This document shows positions 21,701 through 30,625 of a DNA stretch of 64,000 bases, piece by piece. This DNA comes from Giardia intestinalis (taxonomy: Eukaryota): the NCBI GenBank assembly GCA_000002435.2, contig CM018790.1. The stretch is one strand, 5' to 3'. The position numbers and the translations under genes were made by a program. How positions within the stretch are numbered: position 1 is the first letter of the stretch; every line of letters starts with the position of its first letter. Below the pieces are notes generated by a model that made no database searches, was not told where the DNA came from, and saw nothing but the letters and a program-made list of their open reading frames with translations.

Positions 21701-23120
21701 GTGTAATACCGCTTCATCTGTTGGCAACAGCGGTGTGCGGAGCACAAGGAACTCGTTGCCGAGCAGCGCGATAGTTAAGTCGGCAAGTAGTGTCAACGGG
21801 CCTGCTGCCTCCACTGTGCAAGAGCACGTCGATTCTAGAATATATCAAGTTATTGATCTTGTGGGGTATGTCTTTCTTCCCCACACCCACGTTCCCCAGG
21901 AAATTATTCCGAGCTATGCCCTTGGAGCGGACGCGGATTCTCCCGGCTGTGGGTCTGTTACCATCAAGTCGCAAGACATAGATCCCTCGCTCTTGGCTAA
22001 CACTCAAACTGGTGTAGGACTTTGTTCGCTAAGCTATGGAAGACTAATTCTAGGTGCGCTGCCATGCTTAGGCTATACTAGCACCATTGTAACAATCACG
22101 GGATCCCCCATTGGCAGTACAAGTGTACATCCTTATCTCTCACAATTTAATACTGGACATTATGAATGGTCCTTGATTATGCCTCTGCCAAACCCGAATA
22201 TCCGCATATCCGTTCATCCACAGAATGGGGTACTTGCGCCTGGCGAGACCCAATCTGTACTCATTAACGTATATACAGGAAGCATTCCTATGGTAACCAT
22301 CGAGGACATAGGCTTCAGCGTTATCTTTGTGACAGATAAGTCTGCTCTTATACGTGCAAACACATTTAACTTAGAAAGCCTGAGCTCAAACAATCGCCTT
22401 TCTGTCACTCTGGCCAACACGCAAGCCAGCGCTGCCCGTATTGTGGAGCAAGCGCACCACAAGGGCTTCAACCCACAAGAGATAACCAAGGCTGGTATAG
22501 ATATAGAATCTCGTAAGCATCGTGCCATCTTTCATGGAATATGCTTAAAGGGAGAGGATGACGGAGCAGTCTCCACGCCTCTTAGTCGATACAGTACCCA
22601 CCCCCACGATGATGTCCTCTGGCTAACCCTCATGTGCCACACCCACAGGGCCGCTGATTTGGAGTGTTACACGCATGCGGCATGGGGGCTCAAGCTTGGC
22701 AAAATAGCATGCGAAATGAATGACTTTGGGACCGTTAACTTCAGCAGCAAAGAAGCTAATGAAAAGTATACTGATTTGACCCAAACAGAGACAGAAGAAC
22801 TGGATAAGATCTTAAAGGTTACTCTCCGTGGCGTTGTGAATAGACTCTGCACAGAAGAAACTCCAAAGCAACGATTATCAGATGCAGCAACACGGACTAA
22901 GCGGCGCGTGCTCAATGGAATGAGAAGGGCCAACTTCATAAGTGAGGGATTGGACAATCCTGTCACAATTCTAGATTCAGAAGATGTGGAGCCAGGCGTG
23001 AACTGTGCACCCTTTTTGCAGGCTTTATCGCGTGCAATCTTTTCCTGCTCAACTGAAGACACCTCTCCAGGCAGACACAGATCAACATCAAGTATGCCAG
23101 ATAGTAAGGACGAAACGTAA
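15732..23120 (+). CDS. Giant (2462 aa) protein with multiple ASH/MSP-like Ig-fold domains, probably axoneme-associated (CFAP65/CFAP47/hydin-like)
   Basis: There are at least six recurring units of the type '...L(K/T)N.G.......F......F...P..G.L.PG....(I/V).F.P...'. Examples: LTLKNTGKSLQTL...FFAPFPDPIPLPVGMEYSIPISFKPT; VQLKNAGKHPCPFEF; HFVLKNSSNCSISFVIEI; VKLTNPGKVGVNYAFL. ATG at 15732. Confidence 0.4.
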   Translation: MSPPVLTRERRLKRFGIECVSEILFSGWKPDGRVHTQKLTLKNTGKSLQTLTYMLPQVPNFFAPFPDPIPLPVGMEYSIPISFKPTSTTELETYLGIHSSLANEKFYIKLRAELPKLSCQIERDLDFTRDPTAVAEKSSITTPLLNDGEIPFLFTFESLLPFTVSPITGIILPNEQCPVTFYFNPKEAGSFSGEIVLSIKKTSPDQLAKDEKIVYVVHLNGLAQYSFMRISFPDQAGTVCCFRHTPLFSTASKLVYLENDSNVPFSFSVHPSWEERAGSEDHGRELSEYSIEPRTGLIEAHGKTTLKVKYTPLYCNAFYNSSDVYNVEYVTIEALSGVKTQFSIEASSCPVPLELSENKINLGVVSFGHVVSHTVQLKNAGKHPCPFEFSAPFLRSYSTPTSFVDPISGKSKSAKVILSDSSEFLSANLLIPDTADIGLTNQVRPTKRLLRDLPCYISPSSGIVPAGIAITLQLQLDLRGYTSEVSTLGSRDGDGKGFFAPYPLAGYIALKIPGGSPLFLLISASILPEKGIDVRPPPITLSYMESWLEMRSRYNIDEVFSPLTPRLGEDQPRYELSPLFNDSDLPEFAINEAMKQLKGICQPICQKISDYQRTSPLAGFTSVSGVASTFPYAMDPSMSLNYELFGSPVTYLKGGAGIKVSQQYIDFGYVEYGATEIASSSDARETFFYIYNDSKDVSLIVSWTCSTIRGGFKLRFNGISSQPDYHPSMAYTIPELDEQDAVAEFIASKGPISPTILTEDDGVYLPIVLSRGLICRIPPQSYGHYSILFIPDQSDSFYHTHFTAICAHVPLLQYRSMRHCIVGSPIHTSISVTGCTRQPLKPTLSSGMPEISQPVVTMNSRYYLVAPPSAPGRVTRTSFALTNNTESHMIFSCVPSISSGRDAQFEHAHDPTASFLFISPKIFVIPPNGGTKIVTFAVFFPQDAIENKTKYGYANVDRSALGLSSTVLFSTDIQFKMNGSEETNITINFSAICSAPKLILTTASGLNERLLLNFGMGRDKPTRQGATTALGDQFINHEILQQLTLPPPLLDTTERRFEDTEGLPDVPNSDTVDIAFSPVSIGSEVLHNCMLKNASAVPVEVHFDTSLYVSEAKQCYMLISSPQVTTLQPYSILQLQFKVFADQTLLSIGRYQWPFNVHAFIPLKLLPGFDFVTAINRADFYYDRLHSLCSNTNLERGEEIDGDTLIAVSTELWRDVLNHYTQTPLSDIVRSTASFGLRSHNYFRAGYVGDAYLSATIPQQCIGVPEVARAMVADTLVTGKLGAIISVTPRSVTLTPSILNLGPFIPETSHDMHFVLKNSSNCSISFVIEIHEIMPNFPFLPDLDSSEVSLKRYLFEQANDGTECYVPSLLNRLTKGESVLTDNQVKRCPTFFVRTGSCGIVHSNAQATITIVAVPRRAGFIKGRLVVKVVELVGAVLSENAILDELRSECIYVQGLAKQLLSIPLKETDTLFTSNIEIRANYPKFFIADASCPKVPSSQLRDILDVDSLNEFLLGDVTAGERVYRKSLLMREKLARTILDSDQQESAESRVSQVTRMARSRKKSDINAQSLVSSETTSVPRGDNIETTVDIENVKLIKSFPVVLGPGNKQTTTSNYRVILSLANPYDIPVELSLTLPHEEPNLEACPWARSLPPKHEQRAMDLLSRGVFIIAPERIYLKKNEKRAFIITYSHVEEGVHELQVQVSITNGRVFILHLIGQTLGKDEPAVLAPIEQRFLPIALGEIISPRQIVKLTNPGKVGVNYAFLRPEMFIYSAEGELILLDQDSDSPQQSNLALQGLRCFSVENHENSEDTSVVVQKELTVRQNVTDILTCLNPRGYLAPNSSINIVFSFSPKCVGFHHFKVGLVIYPTSKPGIKLERPRSHGLKEVTAPGASNEEKMGDHSSISPINPRSINTTFTHECGSPRNDISMHTTDLEAYYDANILDIPAGGLVGYGEFDDDGLIEGAKPVPTNKLAEVRRSNTNSRAGSRCNTASSVGNSGVRSTRNSLPSSAIVKSASSVNGPAASTVQEHVDSRIYQVIDLVGYVFLPHTHVPQEIIPSYALGADADSPGCGSVTIKSQDIDPSLLANTQTGVGLCSLSYGRLILGALPCLGYTSTIVTITGSPIGSTSVHPYLSQFNTGHYEWSLIMPLPNPNIRISVHPQNGVLAPGETQSVLINVYTGSIPMVTIEDIGFSVIFVTDKSALIRANTFNLESLSSNNRLSVTLANTQASAARIVEQAHHKGFNPQEITKAGIDIESRKHRAIFHGICLKGEDDGAVSTPLSRYSTHPHDDVLWLTLMCHTHRAADLECYTHAAWGLKLGKIACEMNDFGTVNFSSKEANEKYTDLTQTETEELDKILKVTLRGVVNRLCTEETPKQRLSDAATRTKRRVLNGMRRANFISEGLDNPVTILDSEDVEPGVNCAPFLQALSRAIFSCSTEDTSPGRHRSTSSMPDSKDET

Positions 23121-23291
23121 AAGGTGGTGGACGGCTAATTCCGCTATGGAATATCTGGGTCTTGTTTAGAAGCAGAGATTTATCAAAGCACAGGCATCAG
23201 ATTGCTAATGGCTTCTAACCTATATTCACCGTGCAAAGGCAGAAAGGGATAGAGCCCTTTATGAAGTGCAGATTAAAGTAAATTAAAGGCC

Positions 23292-26003
23292 ATGGCACGC
23301 CTGCTTTGTGGGTCCAGGCGCTTCAGGGCTCACTTTGTAGCGTCCCTGCGACTTGCACTGAGCCTGCGTCTAAAGTTCATTGTTGGGATGGTCATAAACA
23401 TAACTCTTGGCCTCGTTTTCCCACTATTGATGACTATCAGTATATCTAGCACAGCGCCAAAAGAGAAGCTCTCCTTCGATGACATACACCTTGATTCTCC
23501 GTGCCTAAAAGTGGGGACCTGCTATACATTTGCGTGGGGCCCGACAGGAAATAAAGATGTAGAAGCATTTATGTCTGCTGTTTTTGAAGAAGCAAGGACT
23601 GCTATCAGCAGAAACGACGTAAAGGATATCGGCTTCCAGACGTTCGAGGAGCTTTATGGATTTATAACCGGAGAAGGGCTGGGCCATGTTGGTGTCGGTC
23701 TTTTTATAGAGAACTCAACGCGGAAAATACGCTTATATTGCAATAATAAGGTCCCTAACGTGCCACTAATGGCCGATATCTCTCTCGACAGCTCTACCTT
23801 ACTGCAGGTGGTGAGGATTTTGAACACGGTGCATTCGGGCATTTCCGGGTACGACATACAATTCTATAATACCATGAGTCTATTCTTTCAGAGCATAGGT
23901 GCTACGAGCATTTCTATAGTATCAATGACCTTCATAGTATCAGGAATGTACACCCTTTCAAACATAGGGATGATGAAGGGCAATCGCCGCTACGAATACC
24001 TTGTATGCCATGGGCTGCATAGACTTGCATATCAGATAGCAAACGCAGTCGTCACGCTGGGTGAAATTGCCATCGTGCTTGTAGGCACCATCCTTATTTG
24101 CTATTACTTTGGAATAGGGTCAACCAGCAACCGTTGGCTTACTGTGGTAGTGCTCCTCTTATCCATTTTCCCAGTGGCAGCGCAGAATGTGTCATGGTCG
24201 CTGTTTTGCGCCTCAACAATCAGCAGACCCAACACAATGCAGCTTCTCTTTTTCCTTCCATCCATGTTGGTCGCCATAGTCCAAATGATAATTACGTTCA
24301 CCGTGAAACAGGAGTTGCAATCTACGAATAACAGTGGAATACAGTTTCTAATGGCCATCCTGTCTCTTCTATTCCCGCCGTTTGCCAACAGCTCCTACTT
24401 CACAGCTGCAAGCATGGTGTTTGCACATGACTCTTTATACTACTCTACCTTTGGACGAGTAACGTCCATTACTGACGGTCTCACCAAGTCTACTAAGTAT
24501 TACCCCAATCTTTTGCTCCTAGTATTGAGTAGTATTATTTCTGGTCTTGCATATTTTGCACTCGCTGTGTACCAGGAGTACACTAGCCCCGGAAGCGCAG
24601 CTCCCAGGAAGCCACGCAGCTTTCCGATTCATTGGCTCCAGACAAGAAAGACTAGCACTAAGAAAAAGACAGAGGATGATAAGCAGAGTGAGGAACCATC
24701 ATCAATTAACCTGTCGACCTCTCAGCTAATTGAGTCACAGATCCCGTTGCTCAACGGACCCGATCGTGAAAACGTATCAGAGTATGCAATTTCATTAAGA
24801 GACGTCTCAGTCATATTTCCCCTCAAAGGCAGGGCAACAAAAACTGAAAATCCACCTATAGGAGATGTTATATCTGCAAAGTACGTAAGCAACGGATCTC
24901 TATATACGACTGCCCGCGGATACAACGTGAGCGCAAAGGATACAAAGGCACTTTATCATCTGACACTTAACCTGCCATATAATAGCGTTATTGGGTTACT
25001 GGGTGCAAACGGAAGCGGGAAGAGCACGTTACTGAAGGTTCTCTTGGGAATGTATAAGCCAGTGAGTAGTCGGTACCTACCCAACAAGTACGCTGAGGTG
25101 GCCAACGGTAGCGTGTGCCTTCTAGGAACGTACTGTCCTGTCACTGCCGAAGAGGAATTATACAGTGGAAGGCATTTGGCTCTTGTATTGCAAGAAAACG
25201 TGATGTTCCCAAAGGCCACAGTAGGGGAGCAAATTAACATATTTGCAGCCATTGTATTGTACGACTTTCCGCTCGGGGAACGCAGCCAGCTGATCCTGAC
25301 CAGTCTTGAGTGCATGGGGTTGGCTGATAAGCTGAACCAAAAGGTAGAGACTCTATCTGGGGGTCAGAAGAGGCGCCTAAATATTGCCATGACCATACTC
25401 CTCTGTGAGGCGGGCCTTGCTGAACTTCTAATCATGGACGAGCCTGCATGCGGTGTGGACATCGAGTCCCGCACCTTCTTATGGAAGTATCTCAAGAGTT
25501 TACGGATTCGAGCGCAGCAGACAGATAAGCGCTTCTGCGTCCTCCTAACAACGCATCTCTTTGAAGAAGTGGAAGAGCTCTGCGAAACAGTCGTCATGCT
25601 CAGAGATGGAAGGCTTTTAGCTGCAGGAAGTCAGCTCTTTTTCAAAACTGAGTTTGCGGGAGGCTATCAATTGCTACTAGATTGTCCTAACTCAAGAAAA
25701 ATCCTTTTCGATGTGCACAGAAAATTCTTTTATGCACACCCTATCTCTAATGATGATTGTGAGGATGAGCTCTTAAATGTAGTCACAGTAGATCCGTACA
25801 ACCACAATCTCAGCGCTCTGTTTATTAGCTACGCTGACCAAGCAAAGCTTCCAGATGCGCTACAATATCTCGCTGAAAGGGGCATTCCCCAGGAACAATG
25901 TGCTCTGCATACAGCTTTGCTATCGGAAATTTTCATTCAGCAGCAAGAAAAAGAGATGCCGGAAGTGCCTGCTGTAGAGCATGGGTGGTATTGTGAAAAA
26001 TAA
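23292..26003 (+). CDS. ABC transporter, ABCA-like half-transporter (TMD-NBD)
   Basis: An N-terminal ABC-2-type multi-helix membrane domain is followed by an NBD with Walker A (GANGSGKST), ABC signature (LSGGQKRRL) and Walker B (LLIMDEP). 903 aa, ATG at 23292. Confidence 0.8.
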   Translation: MARLLCGSRRFRAHFVASLRLALSLRLKFIVGMVINITLGLVFPLLMTISISSTAPKEKLSFDDIHLDSPCLKVGTCYTFAWGPTGNKDVEAFMSAVFEEARTAISRNDVKDIGFQTFEELYGFITGEGLGHVGVGLFIENSTRKIRLYCNNKVPNVPLMADISLDSSTLLQVVRILNTVHSGISGYDIQFYNTMSLFFQSIGATSISIVSMTFIVSGMYTLSNIGMMKGNRRYEYLVCHGLHRLAYQIANAVVTLGEIAIVLVGTILICYYFGIGSTSNRWLTVVVLLLSIFPVAAQNVSWSLFCASTISRPNTMQLLFFLPSMLVAIVQMIITFTVKQELQSTNNSGIQFLMAILSLLFPPFANSSYFTAASMVFAHDSLYYSTFGRVTSITDGLTKSTKYYPNLLLLVLSSIISGLAYFALAVYQEYTSPGSAAPRKPRSFPIHWLQTRKTSTKKKTEDDKQSEEPSSINLSTSQLIESQIPLLNGPDRENVSEYAISLRDVSVIFPLKGRATKTENPPIGDVISAKYVSNGSLYTTARGYNVSAKDTKALYHLTLNLPYNSVIGLLGANGSGKSTLLKVLLGMYKPVSSRYLPNKYAEVANGSVCLLGTYCPVTAEEELYSGRHLALVLQENVMFPKATVGEQINIFAAIVLYDFPLGERSQLILTSLECMGLADKLNQKVETLSGGQKRRLNIAMTILLCEAGLAELLIMDEPACGVDIESRTFLWKYLKSLRIRAQQTDKRFCVLLTTHLFEEVEELCETVVMLRDGRLLAAGSQLFFKTEFAGGYQLLLDCPNSRKILFDVHRKFFYAHPISNDDCEDELLNVVTVDPYNHNLSALFISYADQAKLPDALQYLAERGIPQEQCALHTALLSEIFIQQQEKEMPEVPAVEHGWYCEK

Positions 26004-26004
26004 A

Positions 26005-26499
26005 ATGGCGCTCAGAAAGCCGCAAGTAACTATGGGCAATAACGTTTTAAAGATACATCTATCCGTACCGATCCAAAATACTGCCGACACCATATCAACC
26101 TTGCATAGGTTCATTGATAGCGTAGAAGATTTGTGCTACAAATCAGACTATGGAACAATAGCTTTAACGATAAAATGCAAGCCGCGCACCTGCCCGCAAA
26201 GTAATTGCTGTACGATTTTCAATAAGATACCAAGGAACAGACAGGTCAACAGTCGAAATCGAAAGCTAAAGTCACACCGTAGATATGTAGCACCTCCCTT
26301 TAGTCCAATGAACGGCAGTAGGCCAGACTGTCCCAAAGACACTAAATCCGTAAAGGCTACTACTCAGAACGAAGCTCTAGCGCATAGCAGTAATTTGAAC
26401 GCGGGCTTTCTGGGGTCTCGTACCAGTGAAACAGGGTGCACCAGCGCCTCTCTCGCTGCAAATGAAATGAGAACCTGTGAAGACCCAATCGATGAATGA
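26005..26499 (+). CDS. Small hypothetical ORF immediately downstream of the ABC transporter gene
   Basis: ATG at 26005 directly follows the ABC gene stop (26001-26003), with gtgaaaaataaaATG upstream. 164 aa, Cys/Ser-rich, no motif recognised. The open frame could be fortuitous. Confidence 0.25.
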   Translation: MALRKPQVTMGNNVLKIHLSVPIQNTADTISTLHRFIDSVEDLCYKSDYGTIALTIKCKPRTCPQSNCCTIFNKIPRNRQVNSRNRKLKSHRRYVAPPFSPMNGSRPDCPKDTKSVKATTQNEALAHSSNLNAGFLGSRTSETGCTSASLAANEMRTCEDPIDE

Positions 26500-26789
26500 T
26501 CGTGAAATCTCTTGTCTAAAGCTACACGCAAATATATCCTCATACGAGCACTTGAATGTCAAGAGCAGACGTTAAATTAAGCACTCATTCGTCAGTAAAC
26601 CAGTATGCTAGATACCACTCTGGTTGAGAAATAGCTTGTTGAGTATGGTTGTTATCAAAAAACGTGCATGACTGGTGAAGCCGACTAGTAGCAAATGCTT
26701 GAAACCGAACAGACACGCCTTGGCGGAAATGGACTATTTCGAATTTTCAAATTTTAGCAAAGCTTTCCGTGTCCGAGTTGTAGCGTGCA

Positions 26790-27686
26790 ATGGGCAAAGT
26801 AATGGCAATGAAGCAAGGAGACAAGCTACCTACGGCCAGAGAGCCTTTGCGCGTCTTTCCTTATGTGTACAAAAGGGATGAACTGGCTAAAATGCGCCGG
26901 GTCTTCGCTTCTGCAATACACATCACAGAGATGGATGCCGTCTCCCTCCATTACACTCACGTCAAAAGGAATATATATGTAGGGTGCAAGCGCCCTAGCG
27001 CGGCACGGAAGACGTTCTGTACTTGTACGTGCAAAGAAGGAACTGGATGTGGGACAAGCTGTGAGCTCAGGAAGGTTCATCTTGAGTGCTACAAAGAGTG
27101 CTGCGCAGGATCGCCATGCTCCAAGCAATTTATAGTCAGACCCTTGTTTGGTAACTCTATAGATCTTCCAAAAGACGCTACGACACTTCATAAAGATAAC
27201 AGTAGGCTTGCCGACTGTGGAAACCAAAGGCTTCAGAGGATGCAGTACGCTCGGACAGCTGTCTATCCGGCTGGGAGGAAAGGCTATGGTCTGTTTGCAC
27301 TTACTAGCATTCAGCGAGGAGCGCTCGTGACAGAATACATAGGTGAGGTTATAACAAGGGAAGAGTGCATGCGGCGGAAGAAGAGCGCGAAGGGGCACTT
27401 GTACTTTCTTGCTTTAGACAGAGAACTCTACATAGACGCTGCCCATAAAGGAAATGAGAGTCGGTTTATCAACCATTCTTGTGACCCTAACTGTGAGGTG
27501 CAGCTATGGTATGTCGGCGAGGAGCCAAGAGCTGCCATAGTTGCCCTACGGAGTATTGCTCCCCATGAAGAGCTTAGCTTCGATTATAAGTTTGACTTTT
27601 ACCCCGGCGTGAAGCCTAAATACCCGTGTTTCTGCGGCTCGCTCTATTGTAGAGGGTACATAGATGCACCAAAGTTAAGGACATGA
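26790..27686 (+). CDS. SET-domain histone-lysine N-methyltransferase (AWS-SET-postSET, Set2-like)
   Basis: Cys-rich AWS/pre-SET (CTCTCKEGTGCGTSCELRKVHLECYKECCAGSPCSKQF). SET core (GYGLFAL..., NHSCDPNC, ELSFDYKFD). Post-SET CFCGSLYCRG. ATG at 26790. Confidence 0.8.
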   Translation: MGKVMAMKQGDKLPTAREPLRVFPYVYKRDELAKMRRVFASAIHITEMDAVSLHYTHVKRNIYVGCKRPSAARKTFCTCTCKEGTGCGTSCELRKVHLECYKECCAGSPCSKQFIVRPLFGNSIDLPKDATTLHKDNSRLADCGNQRLQRMQYARTAVYPAGRKGYGLFALTSIQRGALVTEYIGEVITREECMRRKKSAKGHLYFLALDRELYIDAAHKGNESRFINHSCDPNCEVQLWYVGEEPRAAIVALRSIAPHEELSFDYKFDFYPGVKPKYPCFCGSLYCRGYIDAPKLRT

Positions 27687-27714
27687 CATGATGACTCGCA
27701 TGGATTTACTATCT

Positions 27715-29208
27715 TCACAACGGCGTCTGTGTCCCTGGCAACCGGATACCACGGTCTTGGAAGGACACTTGCGAATATGTAGAAGATGATGTAGACGAAG
27801 TAGCTAACGAGGGCACAGTATACTTTGCAATCCTATCTGAAATAAGATTGGTTGAAAGGTCGTCGGAATTACCAACAGTAACCCTGTTGGGTGTTCCCCC
27901 ATACTGCTTAGCTTGAGCCTGTAGCTCTAGCTGTTTTAGACGGTGCATGATAGGTAGGTTGTTGATTGACGCAGGTTTAGGTGGTATGGAGGCATTTGAC
28001 TGCGTACCATACGTGCTATATGTACTATTTATTCCATACTTAGCTAGGATATTGCGGGCATTTGTACTTCGAGCCCGTGAAATAGTCGTCTGATTGGTGG
28101 AGAGCGAACTTTCTGTGAGATCATCGTCCTTGGAGAATCGAACAGAGGGCATGCCTGGTTGTGGTCTGTCCTCTTGCTTGAGTGGCGTATACTGAATAGA
28201 ATTTGTTGATACTCCAGATAACAATGATCCGTGTGAATCAGATCCATTACCCGAGTCGACCGAAGCTGTTAACATGGTAGATGACGGCCTTATGCCGGTA
28301 TTTAAATCTCTGCTTCCAGTGGTACGGATCTGATTGTCCAGAAGGTTGGTTACCCTGTCCAGTTCTCCACGGAGACGACCAATCTCCTCTGAATACTGCT
28401 GCTCACGACTCTGCAGCAGCGTCTCTAGCTCAGCAATCCTTGCGTTCGCTTTCTGAAGCTCTTCCTCGCTAATATTCATGTGAGACATGTGCATCGCAGA
28501 GTTTGTCTTGGCTGCGGATAGTTCGGCTAGCACATCTGCGAGCTTTGTCTCCACTGACGCCTTTGCTTCCAACGTGGCAAGCTTTTCTCGTTGCAACTCA
28601 GCAAGTTGCGCTTCATAATTTGACGCCAGTTCTTGCATTCGAGCTTCTAGCTGCCTTGTTGATGACTCTGCAAGAGCCAATTTCGATTCTAGGGTGGCCT
28701 TTTCGCTTTCAACCCTACCTATGCGTAGCTGGAATGTGCTGAGCTCAGTGTTGAGCCTCGCTTCTAACTGCGCAGCCACTGTGCTGATATTTCTAGCGAT
28801 AGATCGATCCGAACCCTTACGGAGTTGAACGGAGAAAAATGGAACGCGGAGGCTAGGCCGCACCGTCAGAAACTGCAGCACAGCAGTCTCCATCTGCGCA
28901 TCTGTCTCCAGTATGCAAATGTCTGTCCCCACACTTGCTGCAGATGGTGTACTAGATAAGGTTGGCAATATATCCGAATTAAGCAAACTGGGAAGGCTGC
29001 TGATGTGTAGGAAGTCATAAGAGAAAGTAGTACACACTGTTCGGAAGTCCTCGGCTCCCATGCTTACCTCATATAAGAAGAACATATCATTTGAGTTCGT
29101 CAAAGTCATGTCCACCCTGTCCTGCGTGCTTGAGAGTACACACGACAGACACACTTTCATCTCTGCTTGGCTTCCGTCAAATGTCTTGTGAAGCAGAGTA
29201 AACTCCAT
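27715..29208 (-). CDS. SAS-6 family protein (cartwheel / basal body), short coiled-coil variant
   Basis: The N-terminal head domain matches SAS-6: DMFFLYEVSMGAEDFRTVCTTFSYDFLHISSLP versus human [32 protein letters not shown], and PFFSVQLRKG versus FLLQLV. It is followed by a ~140-aa coiled-coil and an S/T-rich tail. ATG at 29206-29208. Confidence 0.55.
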   Translation of the reverse strand: MEFTLLHKTFDGSQAEMKVCLSCVLSSTQDRVDMTLTNSNDMFFLYEVSMGAEDFRTVCTTFSYDFLHISSLPSLLNSDILPTLSSTPSAASVGTDICILETDAQMETAVLQFLTVRPSLRVPFFSVQLRKGSDRSIARNISTVAAQLEARLNTELSTFQLRIGRVESEKATLESKLALAESSTRQLEARMQELASNYEAQLAELQREKLATLEAKASVETKLADVLAELSAAKTNSAMHMSHMNISEEELQKANARIAELETLLQSREQQYSEEIGRLRGELDRVTNLLDNQIRTTGSRDLNTGIRPSSTMLTASVDSGNGSDSHGSLLSGVSTNSIQYTPLKQEDRPQPGMPSVRFSKDDDLTESSLSTNQTTISRARSTNARNILAKYGINSTYSTYGTQSNASIPPKPASINNLPIMHRLKQLELQAQAKQYGGTPNRVTVGNSDDLSTNLISDRIAKYTVPSLATSSTSSSTYSQVSFQDRGIRLPGTQTPL

Positions 29209-29287
29209 AGGGGGATGGAAGAAGGCAATATTTTAAGTCGATTTTTCTGCCTGAAAGTCCCTGTGCATTCTACTTCCAGCGGAAATA

Positions 29288-30625
29288 ATGGAGCCTCTGC
29301 CCTTTAGAACCATGCTCAATCCAGCCGCAATGGCTCTTTCGGATTCGTCATCCGGGGAGCGGGAAGATTCCCCTTCACCTGTATTTACAACAGAGTGCCC
29401 TCTGGACTATTGTAGCAGAACAAGCATCCAGCTGTCCTTTTCCTCTTGTTCATCAACAGCTGACTGCGCCAGAGCAGTTCCCCTCTTGAAACGTGCTTAT
29501 AAGGCAGTCTTTGGAAACAGGTACTTAGGGGAATCAGAGATGATTCAAAAGTATCTACTTTCTGACAGCTTACTGATCTTACGCGATAGGAACAGCAAAG
29601 ATGTTAAAGGAACAGTTCAAGAGACACAGCCACCTGACCTACAAGTCGCTGACGTCGATGCTGATAAAGGGCTCGATGCTGATATCTACTCACACCGCAC
29701 ATACAAGGACTTTCATCTCATCTTACAGACTATTCAGGAAGGGCTTAGAATGTATGTCTCTGTCTCTGGATCTGCACTCTATGCCAGGCCCTACAGCGTT
29801 ATATTAGATGACCTGTTCCACCTTGCACAACTTCCACAGAAGACCGCCAACGGGTACATAGACAGGCAGCTGCAAAATAACAAGAATGCTATTAAGACTA
29901 TCATTGCCGATATATGTGCATACAGGCGGGCACTTCTCGATTGCTATAAGCACATTTCCAAGCTGCCGTTTGTGGTAGTCTTGGGAAGTAACTTTGAGGC
30001 GCTATTTGGACATTGTGATGCACTGGGTAAGGATGACTTCTGCATGGTGTCGGGCTATCCAGGCATCATCGAGGCCCTTGAACACACCCTCAGACATCAA
30101 TCTTCTAAAGTAGGACAAGCGCTGAAAAATATAGAAGGTGAGCCTCGGTATACCTCATATCACATACATCGTGAAGGGTCATTCATTTATATAGTTGGAA
30201 ATATCACCCTGGTGACAAATTTTTTCCTCTATAGAATTCCACTAAGTATAGGGCTTCATAGCGCTGAAAAGTCTCTCCCTCGGATATATTCTATGAGGTC
30301 GTTTGAATGTAGCTTTCAGAATACAAATATTGCATGCACTGTCAATGAGGATGATAGGCTTTTTTCCATAGATTGCTATATGCCATTCTTTAGTGTGAAG
30401 CAGGTGGTTGAAGGGTTACAAAGGGCGATGGCCGCTGCGTCGAGTGACTGTCAGTTACTTGTCGAGCTGAGTGCACCAACGCAACACAGTAGGAACTTCA
30501 ACTACCCCATCTTAGCCCGTGCAGATGGAGCCTCTGAACCATCTCAAAAGAATAACACATCGAATATACGTGGCTTTCTTAAGCAACTATCTGTTGACGC
30601 CAAAGGCTTTATGTCTTACTATTAA
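29288..30625 (+). CDS. Hypothetical protein
   Basis: 445-aa ORF, ATG at 29288, transcribed divergently from the SAS-6-like gene across an ~80-nt A/T-rich spacer. No conserved domain recognised. Confidence 0.45.
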   Translation: MEPLPFRTMLNPAAMALSDSSSGEREDSPSPVFTTECPLDYCSRTSIQLSFSSCSSTADCARAVPLLKRAYKAVFGNRYLGESEMIQKYLLSDSLLILRDRNSKDVKGTVQETQPPDLQVADVDADKGLDADIYSHRTYKDFHLILQTIQEGLRMYVSVSGSALYARPYSVILDDLFHLAQLPQKTANGYIDRQLQNNKNAIKTIIADICAYRRALLDCYKHISKLPFVVVLGSNFEALFGHCDALGKDDFCMVSGYPGIIEALEHTLRHQSSKVGQALKNIEGEPRYTSYHIHREGSFIYIVGNITLVTNFFLYRIPLSIGLHSAEKSLPRIYSMRSFECSFQNTNIACTVNEDDRLFSIDCYMPFFSVKQVVEGLQRAMAAASSDCQLLVELSAPTQHSRNFNYPILARADGASEPSQKNNTSNIRGFLKQLSVDAKGFMSYY

